From positions 12,795 to 76,794 of the forward strand of contig DASPNJ010000083.1 in assembly GCA_035626595.1 (NCBI GenBank): a DNA stretch of 64,000 nucleotides, read 5' to 3'. How positions within the stretch are numbered: position 1 is the first letter of the stretch; each line of letters opens with the position of its first letter. Shown piece by piece: positions 51,610 through 59,703 of this stretch. The notes beneath the pieces were generated by a model. The model was not told the DNA's origin and searched no databases. It was given only the letters and a program-made list of their open reading frames with translations. Made by a program: the position numbers and the translations under genes. The stretch comes from Burkholderiales bacterium (GTDB taxonomy: Bacteria > Pseudomonadota > Gammaproteobacteria > Burkholderiales > SG8-41).

Positions 51610-52533
51610 ATGGCGGCAAGCAGTCTCCTCGCACTGATCGACGACATCGCGACGATCCTCGATGACGTCGCGGTCATGACCAAAGTCGCGGCGCGCAAGA
51701 CAGCCGGCGTGCTCGGCGACGATCTCGCGCTGAATGCCCAGCAGGTCGCGGGCGTCGCGCCCAATCGCGAGCTCCCCGTGGTGTGGAGCGTCACCAAGGG
51801 CTCGTTCCTGAACAAGCTGATCCTGGTGCCGGCAGCGCTCGCGATCAGCGCGTTCGCGCCATGGGCCGTGACGCCGCTGCTCATGATCGGCGGCGCGTTC
51901 CTCTGCTACGAAGGCTTCGAGAAGCTCGCGCACCGTTTCCTGCACAGCCGGGCGGAAGACCATGCGCACCACGTCGAGCTGGTCGAAGTGGTCAAGAACG
52001 AGAACCTGGACATCGTGGCCTTCGAGCGCGACAAGATCAAAGGCGCGATCCGCACCGATTTCATCCTGTCCGCGGAGATCATCGCGATCACGCTCGGCAC
52101 CGTGGCGGACGCGCGCTTCGCGACGCAGGTCACGGTGCTGACCAGCATCGCGCTCATCATGACCGTCGGCGTGTACGGGCTGGTCGCCGGCATCGTCAAG
52201 CTCGACGACCTCGGCCTGCACCTCAGCAACGCGGCCGACGCCGCGCGCCGCGCCGCCGGCCGCGCCATTCTGTTCGTGGCGCCGTACCTCATGAAGACGA
52301 TCTCGGTCGTCGGCACCGCGGCGATGTTCATGGTCGGCGGCGGCATCCTCGTTCACGGCATTCCCGGCGCGGAGGCGCTCGTTCACCACTGGACCGAAGA
52401 TTTCGGCGGCGTCGCCGGATGGCTCGTTACCGCGCTCGTCGGCGCCGTGGCGGGCGTCATCGCAGGCGCGATCGCGGTGGGGCTCGTAATGGGCGCAAAA
52501 TCACTGTTCCGCAACAAAGGGGCACATTCATGA
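51610..52533 (+). CDS. DUF808 (YedI-like) inner membrane protein
   Basis: MAASSLLALIDDIATILDDVAVMTKVAARKTAGVLGDDLALNAQQV closely follows the YedI N-terminus as I recall it. Several TM helices. Confidence 0.8.
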   Translation: MAASSLLALIDDIATILDDVAVMTKVAARKTAGVLGDDLALNAQQVAGVAPNRELPVVWSVTKGSFLNKLILVPAALAISAFAPWAVTPLLMIGGAFLCYEGFEKLAHRFLHSRAEDHAHHVELVEVVKNENLDIVAFERDKIKGAIRTDFILSAEIIAITLGTVADARFATQVTVLTSIALIMTVGVYGLVAGIVKLDDLGLHLSNAADAARRAAGRAILFVAPYLMKTISVVGTAAMFMVGGGILVHGIPGAEALVHHWTEDFGGVAGWLVTALVGAVAGVIAGAIAVGLVMGAKSLFRNKGAHS

Positions 52534-53759
52534 ATTTCGCGATCGAAGACTCGGCCGAGCAGAGCGCGTTTCGCGCCGAGGTGCGCGAGTTTCTCGAGTC
52601 CGCGGTATCGCCCAACCTCGAGCACTCGGTCGACCCGTGCGACATGCCGTACGAGCAGTATTCGCTGCGGCGCGAGCTCGGCCGCAGGCTCGGCTCGAAA
52701 GGCTGGCTCTATCCGTCGATGCCGCAGGAATACGGCGGCGGCGAGCTCTCCGCCGAGAAGGTCGTGATCCTGCACGACGAAATGGCGCGCATCGGCTTGT
52801 CGCTTCCGCCCTACTACGACGGCGGCGGGCGCATGTCGGCGCCGACGATCCTGGTGTGGGGCACGCCCGAGCACAAAAAGCGGTTTCTCACGCCCATCTG
52901 CCGGGGCGACGTGCGCACGTGGCAGCTCCTGACCGAGCCGGGCGCCGGGTCCGATCTGGCCGGCATCAAGACGACGGCCATTCGCGACGGCGACGCCTAT
53001 GTCGTCAACGGCCAGAAGATCTTCGTCGGCAGCTCGCACGGGGCGGATTTCTCCTGGACGATCGTCGTCACCGATCCCAAAGGCGAGCGCCACAAGAATC
53101 TGTCGTGGCTCATGATCCCGATGGACCTGCCCGGGATCACGGTGACGCCGATGGACCTGCTCGCCACCGGTGGCGAAGGCGGCAGCGGCTCGGGTGTGAA
53201 GAACACCATCTTCTTCGACAACGTGCGCGTCCCGGCCGAGAACCTCGTCGGCGGCGAGAACAACGGCTGGAAGGTCGCGACGACGCATCTCGAAGTCGAG
53301 CACGGCGGCATGGGCCGGCTCGCGGATCGCCGCGTCGTGTACGACTTCATCCAGATGTGCCGCGAGCGGCACGACGGCTACGCGATCGCCGACGACCCGG
53401 ACGCGCGCGCGGAGCTGGTCGATCTCTACATCGAGGCCGAGGTGACGCGGCTCTTCGCGCTGCGCAACCACTGGCTCGCGCACACCAACCAGCCGCGCTC
53501 GTACGAAGGCGCGCAGTACAGCCTCCGGCGCAAGCTTTCCGGGCTCGACATGGCGGAGAAGATGCTGCGCATCGCCGGGCCGCGCGTGCTCACGAAGGAT
53601 GCGAAGTGGGCGCCGCTCCGGGGCAACATCGAGTACTTCCAGCGCGACGCGATCACCGCGCTGCATCCGGGCGCGACGACCGATATCCAGCGCGTCGTGA
53701 TCTCGCGGCGGATCGGCATCGGCGGGCGCGAAAAAGAGAAAGCCGGCGCACTGAAATGA
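52530..53759 (+). CDS. Acyl-CoA dehydrogenase family protein
   Basis: LTEPGAGSDLAGIKTTA ... YVVNGQKIFVG ... RDAI. ATGA overlap with the DUF808 gene. Confidence 0.85.
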   Translation: MNFAIEDSAEQSAFRAEVREFLESAVSPNLEHSVDPCDMPYEQYSLRRELGRRLGSKGWLYPSMPQEYGGGELSAEKVVILHDEMARIGLSLPPYYDGGGRMSAPTILVWGTPEHKKRFLTPICRGDVRTWQLLTEPGAGSDLAGIKTTAIRDGDAYVVNGQKIFVGSSHGADFSWTIVVTDPKGERHKNLSWLMIPMDLPGITVTPMDLLATGGEGGSGSGVKNTIFFDNVRVPAENLVGGENNGWKVATTHLEVEHGGMGRLADRRVVYDFIQMCRERHDGYAIADDPDARAELVDLYIEAEVTRLFALRNHWLAHTNQPRSYEGAQYSLRRKLSGLDMAEKMLRIAGPRVLTKDAKWAPLRGNIEYFQRDAITALHPGATTDIQRVVISRRIGIGGREKEKAGALK

Positions 53760-53789
53760 ACCGTCATCGCAAGAGCCCCAAGGTGAACA

Positions 53790-53898
53790 GTCATTGCGAG
53801 GAGCGGCTACTGTCGCGACGAAGCAATCCCGGAGCGTCCGCAAAATGACCGTGCGCCACGAGATCGCCACGTCGGCCTTACTGCCTCCTCGCGATGAC
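53790..53898 (+). repeat. Family C MITE-like element, full copy
   Basis: GTCATTGCGAGGAGCGG ... CGACGAAGCAATCC ... GTGCGCCACGAGATCGCCACG ... CCTCGCGATGAC. Lies between the two acyl-CoA dehydrogenase genes. Confidence 0.85.
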
Positions 53899-53912
53899 AA
53901 CCGGAGACAGGC

Positions 53913-55025
53913 ATGGATCTCTCGTTAAACGACACCCAGCAGCTCATCCAGGACTCCGGCCGCGACTTCGTGCGCGGCGCATGCAAACGCGAAGTGCTGC
54001 TGGCGCTCGACCGCGACCCGGCGCCGATGATGGACGGGATCTGGCCGCAGATGGCGGAGCTCGGCTGGACGGGCATGGCAATACCGGAGGCTTACGGCGG
54101 CACCGGCAACGAGCTGACCGACGTGGCGGTGCTGTTCGAAGAGCTCGGCACCGCACCCGTGCCCGGCCCGCTGCTCTCATCGAGCGTGCTGTGCGCGCGC
54201 ATCCTGCTCGAAGCCGCGGACGAGGCGACGAAGAAAGCATGGCTGCCGCGGATTGCCAGCGGAGAGCGCGTGTTCGCGCTGGCGCTCACCGAGGCGCAAT
54301 ACGGCTGGTCGCTCGGGGCGTTGCGTCTCGCGGCGAAACGGGAAAACGGCGGCTTCGTGCTCACCGGCACCAAGGTCTTCGTGCACGACGCGCTGTATGC
54401 GACGGACCTGCTGGTCGCGGCCCGCATCGATGACGGTGTGGGCTTCTTCCGCGTCGATCGCAAAGCCCGGGGCGTGGGCGTGCGCGCGCTGGCCGGTTTT
54501 CTCACGGACCAGTGCGAGGTCACGCTCGAGAACGTGCGCGTCAGCGCGCAAGACGCGATCCTCGATGCGCACGACGCGGCGGAGCGCGCGATGCTCGCCG
54601 CGACGCCGGTACTCTGCGCGTACAAGGTCGGGGGCTGCAGAGCGGTGTTCGATATGTCGCTCAATTACGCGCGCGAGCGCACGCAGTTCGGCCAGATCAT
54701 CGGCCGCTTCCAGCGCGTGCAGGACCACGTGATCCACATGGTCAACTATCTCGACGCGGCGCGCTGGACGACCTACGAAGCGCTATGGAAGCTCGACAGC
54801 GGCATGGATGCCGCCGCGAGCGTTCACGTCGCGAAGTCGGTCGCGTCCGAAAGCTACATGCGCGCCTGCGACTTCGCGCACGAAGTGCATGCCGGCATCG
54901 GCGTGGTGCGCGAGTACGGCCTCACGCTGCACACCAAAATGTCGCGCTCGCTGTACCACTGTCTGGGCGCGCCCAAGGCCCACCGGCGCCGGCTCGAGCG
55001 CGCGCTGAACCTCGTTCAGGCCTGA
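53913..55025 (+). CDS. Acyl-CoA dehydrogenase family protein, divergent partner
   Basis: LNDTQQLIQDSGRDF ... LGWTGMAIPEAYGG ... LTEAQYGWSLGAL (degenerate GSD motif) ... FVLTGTKVFV. Confidence 0.8.
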   Translation: MDLSLNDTQQLIQDSGRDFVRGACKREVLLALDRDPAPMMDGIWPQMAELGWTGMAIPEAYGGTGNELTDVAVLFEELGTAPVPGPLLSSSVLCARILLEAADEATKKAWLPRIASGERVFALALTEAQYGWSLGALRLAAKRENGGFVLTGTKVFVHDALYATDLLVAARIDDGVGFFRVDRKARGVGVRALAGFLTDQCEVTLENVRVSAQDAILDAHDAAERAMLAATPVLCAYKVGGCRAVFDMSLNYARERTQFGQIIGRFQRVQDHVIHMVNYLDAARWTTYEALWKLDSGMDAAASVHVAKSVASESYMRACDFAHEVHAGIGVVREYGLTLHTKMSRSLYHCLGAPKAHRRRLERALNLVQA

Positions 55026-55351
55026 GGCAGCTCCGCGCGCAGCTCACCAATGAGCGCGTCCACGGCGGCGCGCTGATCCGGAGCGGGCGCGGTCTCGCGC
55101 TCGCAGCACGCGACAAGGCGCGCTTCAGCGTCGGCGGCGAGCTCGCTGACGCGATCGAATCCGAAGGTGCCTGCCGCACCGGCCATCTTGTGCAGCGATC
55201 TCACCAACTCGCTGAGCGATCCGGGTGACATGCCGGCGGCAGTCGCCTGCGCCCACAACGCCACGGCCGCCTGGATCTGCTGCGCGAGGTCGGCCCGATA
55301 CTCCGCCCGCAGCGCCTCCATGACTGCCGCAAACTCATCGTCCGCGGTCAT
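55016..55351 (-). CDS. Hpt (histidine phosphotransfer) domain protein
   Basis: 111 aa with LVRSLHKMAGAAGTFG (H-x-x-K-G-x-x-x-x-x-G type motif). Overlaps the upstream REC gene by 17 nt. Confidence 0.75.
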   Translation of the reverse strand: MTADDEFAAVMEALRAEYRADLAQQIQAAVALWAQATAAGMSPGSLSELVRSLHKMAGAAGTFGFDRVSELAADAEARLVACCERETAPAPDQRAAVDALIGELRAELPQA

Positions 55352-56174
55352 CGTTCTTCCACACGTCGGTCGAGGGGACGGGCTGCGCGAGGCCGAACAT
55401 CGTGCGGATCGCCGTCGTCAGTGCCTCCGGCTGGAACGGCTTGGTGATATAGCCGTCGGCCCCTCCGGCCAGCCCTTTCAGGACGGCTTCACGCGTCGCC
55501 TTTGCCGTGATCATGATGACCGGGACGGTCTGGAGAGCGGGGTACTGCCGTACTTTGGCGAGCACCTCGAAGCCGTCCGCGTCCGGCAGCATCACGTCGA
55601 GCAGGATCAGGTCCGGCGGGGGCGACTGCCGGAATGCTTCGACGATTTCGGCGCGGTTCGCGGCGGTGCGCACCTCGAAGCCTTCGAACGTGAGGAAGTG
55701 CCGCATGAACCGCGCGAGATGGACTTCGTCCTCGACCACGATCACGACTGGTTTGCGGCCCTGCGGCAGCGCCGGCGCGCTGCTCGGCCTGCGCGCGATG
55801 CGCACGTAGTAGCCGTGCTCGCGCAGCGACTGCAGGCCCGAATCGGTCTCGCCCGATATCGCGCCGGCCCCGCGGTCGGGCGCGGGAACGAGCCCCGACA
55901 TCTCGAATTCGATCGCATCGTTCTCGACCGGCACCGCGGGGCAGATCATGCCATCGCGCAACAGGTCTCCGATCGCGTCGTCGACTTCGGCGCCCGACGC
56001 TCCGACTGCGTGCCGGCGGATCGCGCGCAGATTCGACTTGCCGTCCACCAGCACGAGGAGCTGGAGCGCGAGCGGGCTGAGATCGGTCTCGGCGGAACGA
56101 ATCTGAGCTTCCCCGCGCGCAGTGAGTGCATAGACGTCGTCGTCGCTCGTGGGAAAAGCATTGGCCGCAGGCAT
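55335..56174 (-). CDS. Response regulator with C-terminal REC domain and unassigned ~135-aa N-terminal domain
   Basis: VVIVVEDEVHLARF ... LILLDVMLPDADGFEVL ... ITAK ... YITKPF in the C-terminal half. No recognisable DNA-binding or enzymatic output. Confidence 0.8.
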   Translation of the reverse strand: MPAANAFPTSDDDVYALTARGEAQIRSAETDLSPLALQLLVLVDGKSNLRAIRRHAVGASGAEVDDAIGDLLRDGMICPAVPVENDAIEFEMSGLVPAPDRGAGAISGETDSGLQSLREHGYYVRIARRPSSAPALPQGRKPVVIVVEDEVHLARFMRHFLTFEGFEVRTAANRAEIVEAFRQSPPPDLILLDVMLPDADGFEVLAKVRQYPALQTVPVIMITAKATREAVLKGLAGGADGYITKPFQPEALTTAIRTMFGLAQPVPSTDVWKNDDRGR

Positions 56175-56278
56175 GGCGCATCCGGTGACGAGGCAGTGTC
56201 CATGATAGCGAAATGGGCCGCGACCGGCGCGATCCCACTACAATCCCGGCCAGCCGCCCGATCCGAGGACGCGAGATC

Positions 56279-56674
56279 ATGAACGCCGCAGCACCCGCCG
56301 GCCGCACGGCGCTCGTCATCGACGACGATCCGAGCATCTCCACGCTGCTTCAGATCATATTGAAGCGCGAGGGTTACACGGTCACGTGCATCCGCGACGG
56401 GCGTGAAGCGCAGAAGGCCATCGAGGACGGCGCGGTCCCCGCGCTCGTCACCCTCGATCTCATGCTGCCGCATGTGGACGGCTATGCGCTGCTCGAGCTC
56501 ATGCGCGCGCGTGAGGCGTGGCGCAACGTGCCGGTGCTGATGCTCACCGCGCGCTCGCAGGAAAAAGACATGGCGCGCGCGATGGAGCGCGGTGCGAGCG
56601 AGTTCATCGTGAAGCCGTTCAAGCCGGAAGAGCTGCGGGAGCGGGTGCGGCGCCTCGTCGGCGCAAGCTCTTGA
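56279..56674 (+). CDS. Single-domain (CheY-like) response regulator
   Basis: ALVIDDDPSISTLL ... VTLDLMLPHVDGYALL ... LTARSQ ... FIVKPF, 131 aa. Confidence 0.9.
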   Translation: MNAAAPAGRTALVIDDDPSISTLLQIILKREGYTVTCIRDGREAQKAIEDGAVPALVTLDLMLPHVDGYALLELMRAREAWRNVPVLMLTARSQEKDMARAMERGASEFIVKPFKPEELRERVRRLVGASS

Positions 56675-58833
56675 GCGCACGGCCCCGGCAACCCGCGCCG
56701 GCACCAGGCAACCGGCAAACCGCCGGCGGCGCGCTTCCGCTGGCGTTGCGCTATACCCATGTCTCGCTGCCGGTCACGCTGCTGCTCACGCTCCTTGCCA
56801 CGACGATCGCGTGGCACGCCGCCGAGAACGCGCTCGAAGCCAGCACGCGGGCACACTTCGAGTTTCGCGTGACCGAGATCACGGACGCGATCCGCGGGCG
56901 CATCACCGACTATGCCCAGGTGCTGCGCGGCGGGGTTGCGCTGCACGCGGCCTCGGAGAGCGTCGAATGGTACGAGTGGCGCGCTTACGTGGACACGCTG
57001 CGCCTCGAGAACACCTATCCCGGCATACAGGGGATCGGCATCGTGCACCGGGTCGCGCACGCGCACGCCGGCGCCTTCGTCACCGCCATGCGGCGGCACA
57101 GCACCGCGTTCGGCATAACGCCGCCGGGCGAGCGGCCGGAGTATTTCGCGGTGCGCTACATCGAGCCCATGAACGAGCGCAACCTGCGTGCGCTGGGTTA
57201 CGACATGTACACCGAGCCCGTACGCCGGGCGGCCATGGAGCGCGCGCGGGACAGCGGCGAGGCCGCGGTGTCCGGAAAGGTCACGCTCGTGCAGGAAGGG
57301 CCGACCGGCACGCAACCCGGCTTTCTCGTGTACCTCCCGCTCTACGCGAACGGCGCGGAGACCGGGACGCAAGCGCAACGCCAGCGTGCGCTGACCGGCT
57401 ACGTCTACGCGGCGTTCAGGATGGCGGATCTCATGCGCGGGCTGCTCGGCGGCGTTCCCGATCTGCGCGTGGAAATCTTCGACGGGCACGAGGTGAGCGA
57501 CGAGGGCCGGCTGTACGACAGCGCGCGCGACACGGCACGCGACGAAGCGTCCTTCGTGACGGTGTCGCGAGTCGTTGTGGCCGACCACGTGTGGACGGTG
57601 CGCACGAGCGCGCTGCCCGCGCTCATGGCGAGCGTTGATCGCACCCGTCCGCGCGTCGTGCTCGCTTCCGGCATCGCCATCAGCCTGCTGGTCACCGCGC
57701 TGGTGTGGACGCTTGCGACGACCCGCGCCCGCGCGTTGCGTCTCGCGGCGCGCATGACGCGGGATCTCCACCAGAGCCGCGAACAGCTCACCATGGCGCT
57801 GGAGGGCTCCAAGCTCGCGCTCTTCGACTGGCACGTGACCGAGGGCACCGTCGCGCTGTCGGAGAGCTGGAACGTGATGCGCGGCGGCCCGGCCCAGCCG
57901 ACGCTCACCACCATCGACCGTCTGGAAGGCACGGTCCACCCGGAGGACGCGCCGCGCCTCAGGCACCACCTCGCGCAAGTACTGCGCGGCGCCGTGCCGT
58001 ACTACGAGATCGAGCACCGGGTGCGTACCTACGACGGCCGGTGGAAATGGATCGTCAGTCGCGCGAAAGTGACGGAGCGCGACGAAAACGGCCGCGCGGT
58101 TCGCCTGACCGGCACCAACGCCGATATCACGGAGAAAAAGGTCGTCGAGGAAATGAAGGACGAGTTCGTGGCGACCGTGAGCCACGAGCTGCGCACGCCG
58201 CTTACCTCCATCATCGGCGGGCTCGCGCTCATCAAGGAAGACAGCGCGACACTGCCCGAGGAAACCCGCGTGCTGCTCGATCTCGCCTACGAGAACGCCG
58301 AGCGGCTCGCGGCGCTGGTGAACGACATCCTCGATATCGAGAAGCTCGAGGCCGGTCGCATCGCGCTCGAGCCGAAAGCGCTCGAGCTGCCGGCGCTGCT
58401 GCGCCACGCGCTGCGCGTGAATGCGCCGTACGCGGAACGGTATGGCACGCGTTTCGAGCTCGCCGAACCGGTCCCGCCGGTGCGCATCTGGGCCGACGAA
58501 GCGCGAGTGCTACAGGTCCTGACCAACCTGCTCTCGAACGCCGCGCGTTTCAGCCCAGCGGATGCGCCGGTGACGGTTCGCGCGAGCGAGCGCGAAGGAC
58601 GGACGCGGGTGGAAATCGCGGACCGGGGACCGGGGGTTCCGGATGAATTCCGCTCGCGCATCTTCACACGGTTCGCACAGGCGCATACCGGCGGTAACGC
58701 CCCCCACGGGGGCACCGGACTCGGGCTCGCGATTTCCAAGGCCATCGTTGAAGCAAGCGGCGGAGCAATCGGATTCGAATCCGCCCCCGGCGCCGGTGCG
58801 ACGTTCTGGTTCGAGCTGCCGCTCGCACGCTAG
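56671..58833 (+). CDS. CHASE-PAS sensor histidine kinase (no receiver domain)
   Basis: TM helix, CHASE-like periplasmic block (WYEWRAYVDTLRLENTYPGIQGIG ... EYFAVRYIEPMNERNLRALGYDM ... GFLVYLPLY), second TM helix, PAS, SHELRTPLTSI H-box, and an ATPase end (GTGLGLAISK). The start is uncertain: the TTG at 56671 overlaps the REC stop. Confidence 0.8.
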   Translation: MSARPRQPAPAPGNRQTAGGALPLALRYTHVSLPVTLLLTLLATTIAWHAAENALEASTRAHFEFRVTEITDAIRGRITDYAQVLRGGVALHAASESVEWYEWRAYVDTLRLENTYPGIQGIGIVHRVAHAHAGAFVTAMRRHSTAFGITPPGERPEYFAVRYIEPMNERNLRALGYDMYTEPVRRAAMERARDSGEAAVSGKVTLVQEGPTGTQPGFLVYLPLYANGAETGTQAQRQRALTGYVYAAFRMADLMRGLLGGVPDLRVEIFDGHEVSDEGRLYDSARDTARDEASFVTVSRVVVADHVWTVRTSALPALMASVDRTRPRVVLASGIAISLLVTALVWTLATTRARALRLAARMTRDLHQSREQLTMALEGSKLALFDWHVTEGTVALSESWNVMRGGPAQPTLTTIDRLEGTVHPEDAPRLRHHLAQVLRGAVPYYEIEHRVRTYDGRWKWIVSRAKVTERDENGRAVRLTGTNADITEKKVVEEMKDEFVATVSHELRTPLTSIIGGLALIKEDSATLPEETRVLLDLAYENAERLAALVNDILDIEKLEAGRIALEPKALELPALLRHALRVNAPYAERYGTRFELAEPVPPVRIWADEARVLQVLTNLLSNAARFSPADAPVTVRASEREGRTRVEIADRGPGVPDEFRSRIFTRFAQAHTGGNAPHGGTGLGLAISKAIVEASGGAIGFESAPGAGATFWFELPLAR

Positions 58834-58836
58834 TCG

Positions 58837-58874
58837 CGTACGATGGGTTGAGCGAAGCGAAACCCACCGCGTAG
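58837..58874. repeat. REP-A-variant hairpin between convergent genes; possible bidirectional terminator
   Basis: CGATGGGTT-GAGCGAAGCGA-AACCCACCG followed by CGTAG. No T-tract. Confidence 0.35.
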
Positions 58875-58895
58875 ACAAGCGCCCTCCTACGAAGG

Positions 58896-59690
58896 CTACG
58901 TTGCGGTGAACGCCGGCTCGCGGCGATCGAAGCCGGCTTTGACGCCTTCCTTGAAGTCGTTGGTCTCGCGCAGCACCTGCTGCTGGAACATCTCGCGCTC
59001 GGTCGCGGCGCGGAACGCGGGAACGAGATCGAGATTGAGCGTCTCGCGCGCCGACTGCACGCCGAGCGGTCCGGCTTTGGCGATCTCGCCCGCCATCTCC
59101 ACCGCCGCCTGCCGCACCTGATCCTGCGGCACGAGGCGGTCCGCGAGGCCGATCGCGACGGCTTCGTCGCCGGGAATGCGCTTGCCCGTGAGGAACAGCC
59201 ACTTCGCTTTCTGGTGTCCGACCAGGCGCGGCAGCGTGACGGTCATGCCGAAGCCGGGGTGATAACCCATGGCGCAGAAGTTCGCCGCAAGCCGCGCTTC
59301 CTTGCAGGTCACACGGAAGTCGGCGACCAGCGCGAGCCCGAGCCCCGCACCGATCGCGCTGCCGTGCACCGCCGCGACGATCGGCTTTTTCGTGGCAATC
59401 AGGCGTTGGGCTTCGTGGTACAGGTGGCGTCCCGGCGGCGGCAGCGGTCTCCCTGCGGCCTGATCGTCGAGGCGCTTCTTCAGGTTCGCACCGGCGCAGA
59501 AATGCTTGCCGGCCGCGGCGAGCACGACGCACCAGACATTGCGGTCCTTGTCGAGCGCTTCGAGCGCGGTCGCGAGATCGGCGACGAGCTCGATGTCGAG
59601 GAAGTTGTTCGGCGGACGGCGGATCTCCACCGTCGCGATGTGACCTTCGATGCTGACTCCGACTTCTTCACTGCCCATTGTTCTCTCCAT
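58896..59690 (-). CDS. Enoyl-CoA hydratase/isomerase family protein
   Basis: ATVEIRRPPNNF ... VVLAAAGKHFCAGANL ... VHGSAIGAGLG. Confidence 0.9.
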   Translation of the reverse strand: MERTMGSEEVGVSIEGHIATVEIRRPPNNFLDIELVADLATALEALDKDRNVWCVVLAAAGKHFCAGANLKKRLDDQAAGRPLPPPGRHLYHEAQRLIATKKPIVAAVHGSAIGAGLGLALVADFRVTCKEARLAANFCAMGYHPGFGMTVTLPRLVGHQKAKWLFLTGKRIPGDEAVAIGLADRLVPQDQVRQAAVEMAGEIAKAGPLGVQSARETLNLDLVPAFRAATEREMFQQQVLRETNDFKEGVKAGFDRREPAFTAT

Positions 59691-59703
59691 TGGTTTCGCC
59701 GGG

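Noticed and set aside
56518-56670. Upstream 51 codons of the 771-aa kinase ORF
   Set aside because: This part overlaps the 3' end of the stand-alone REC gene in another frame and is Arg/Ala-rich. The first plausible in-frame start after it is the TTG at 56671, just before the first TM helix.
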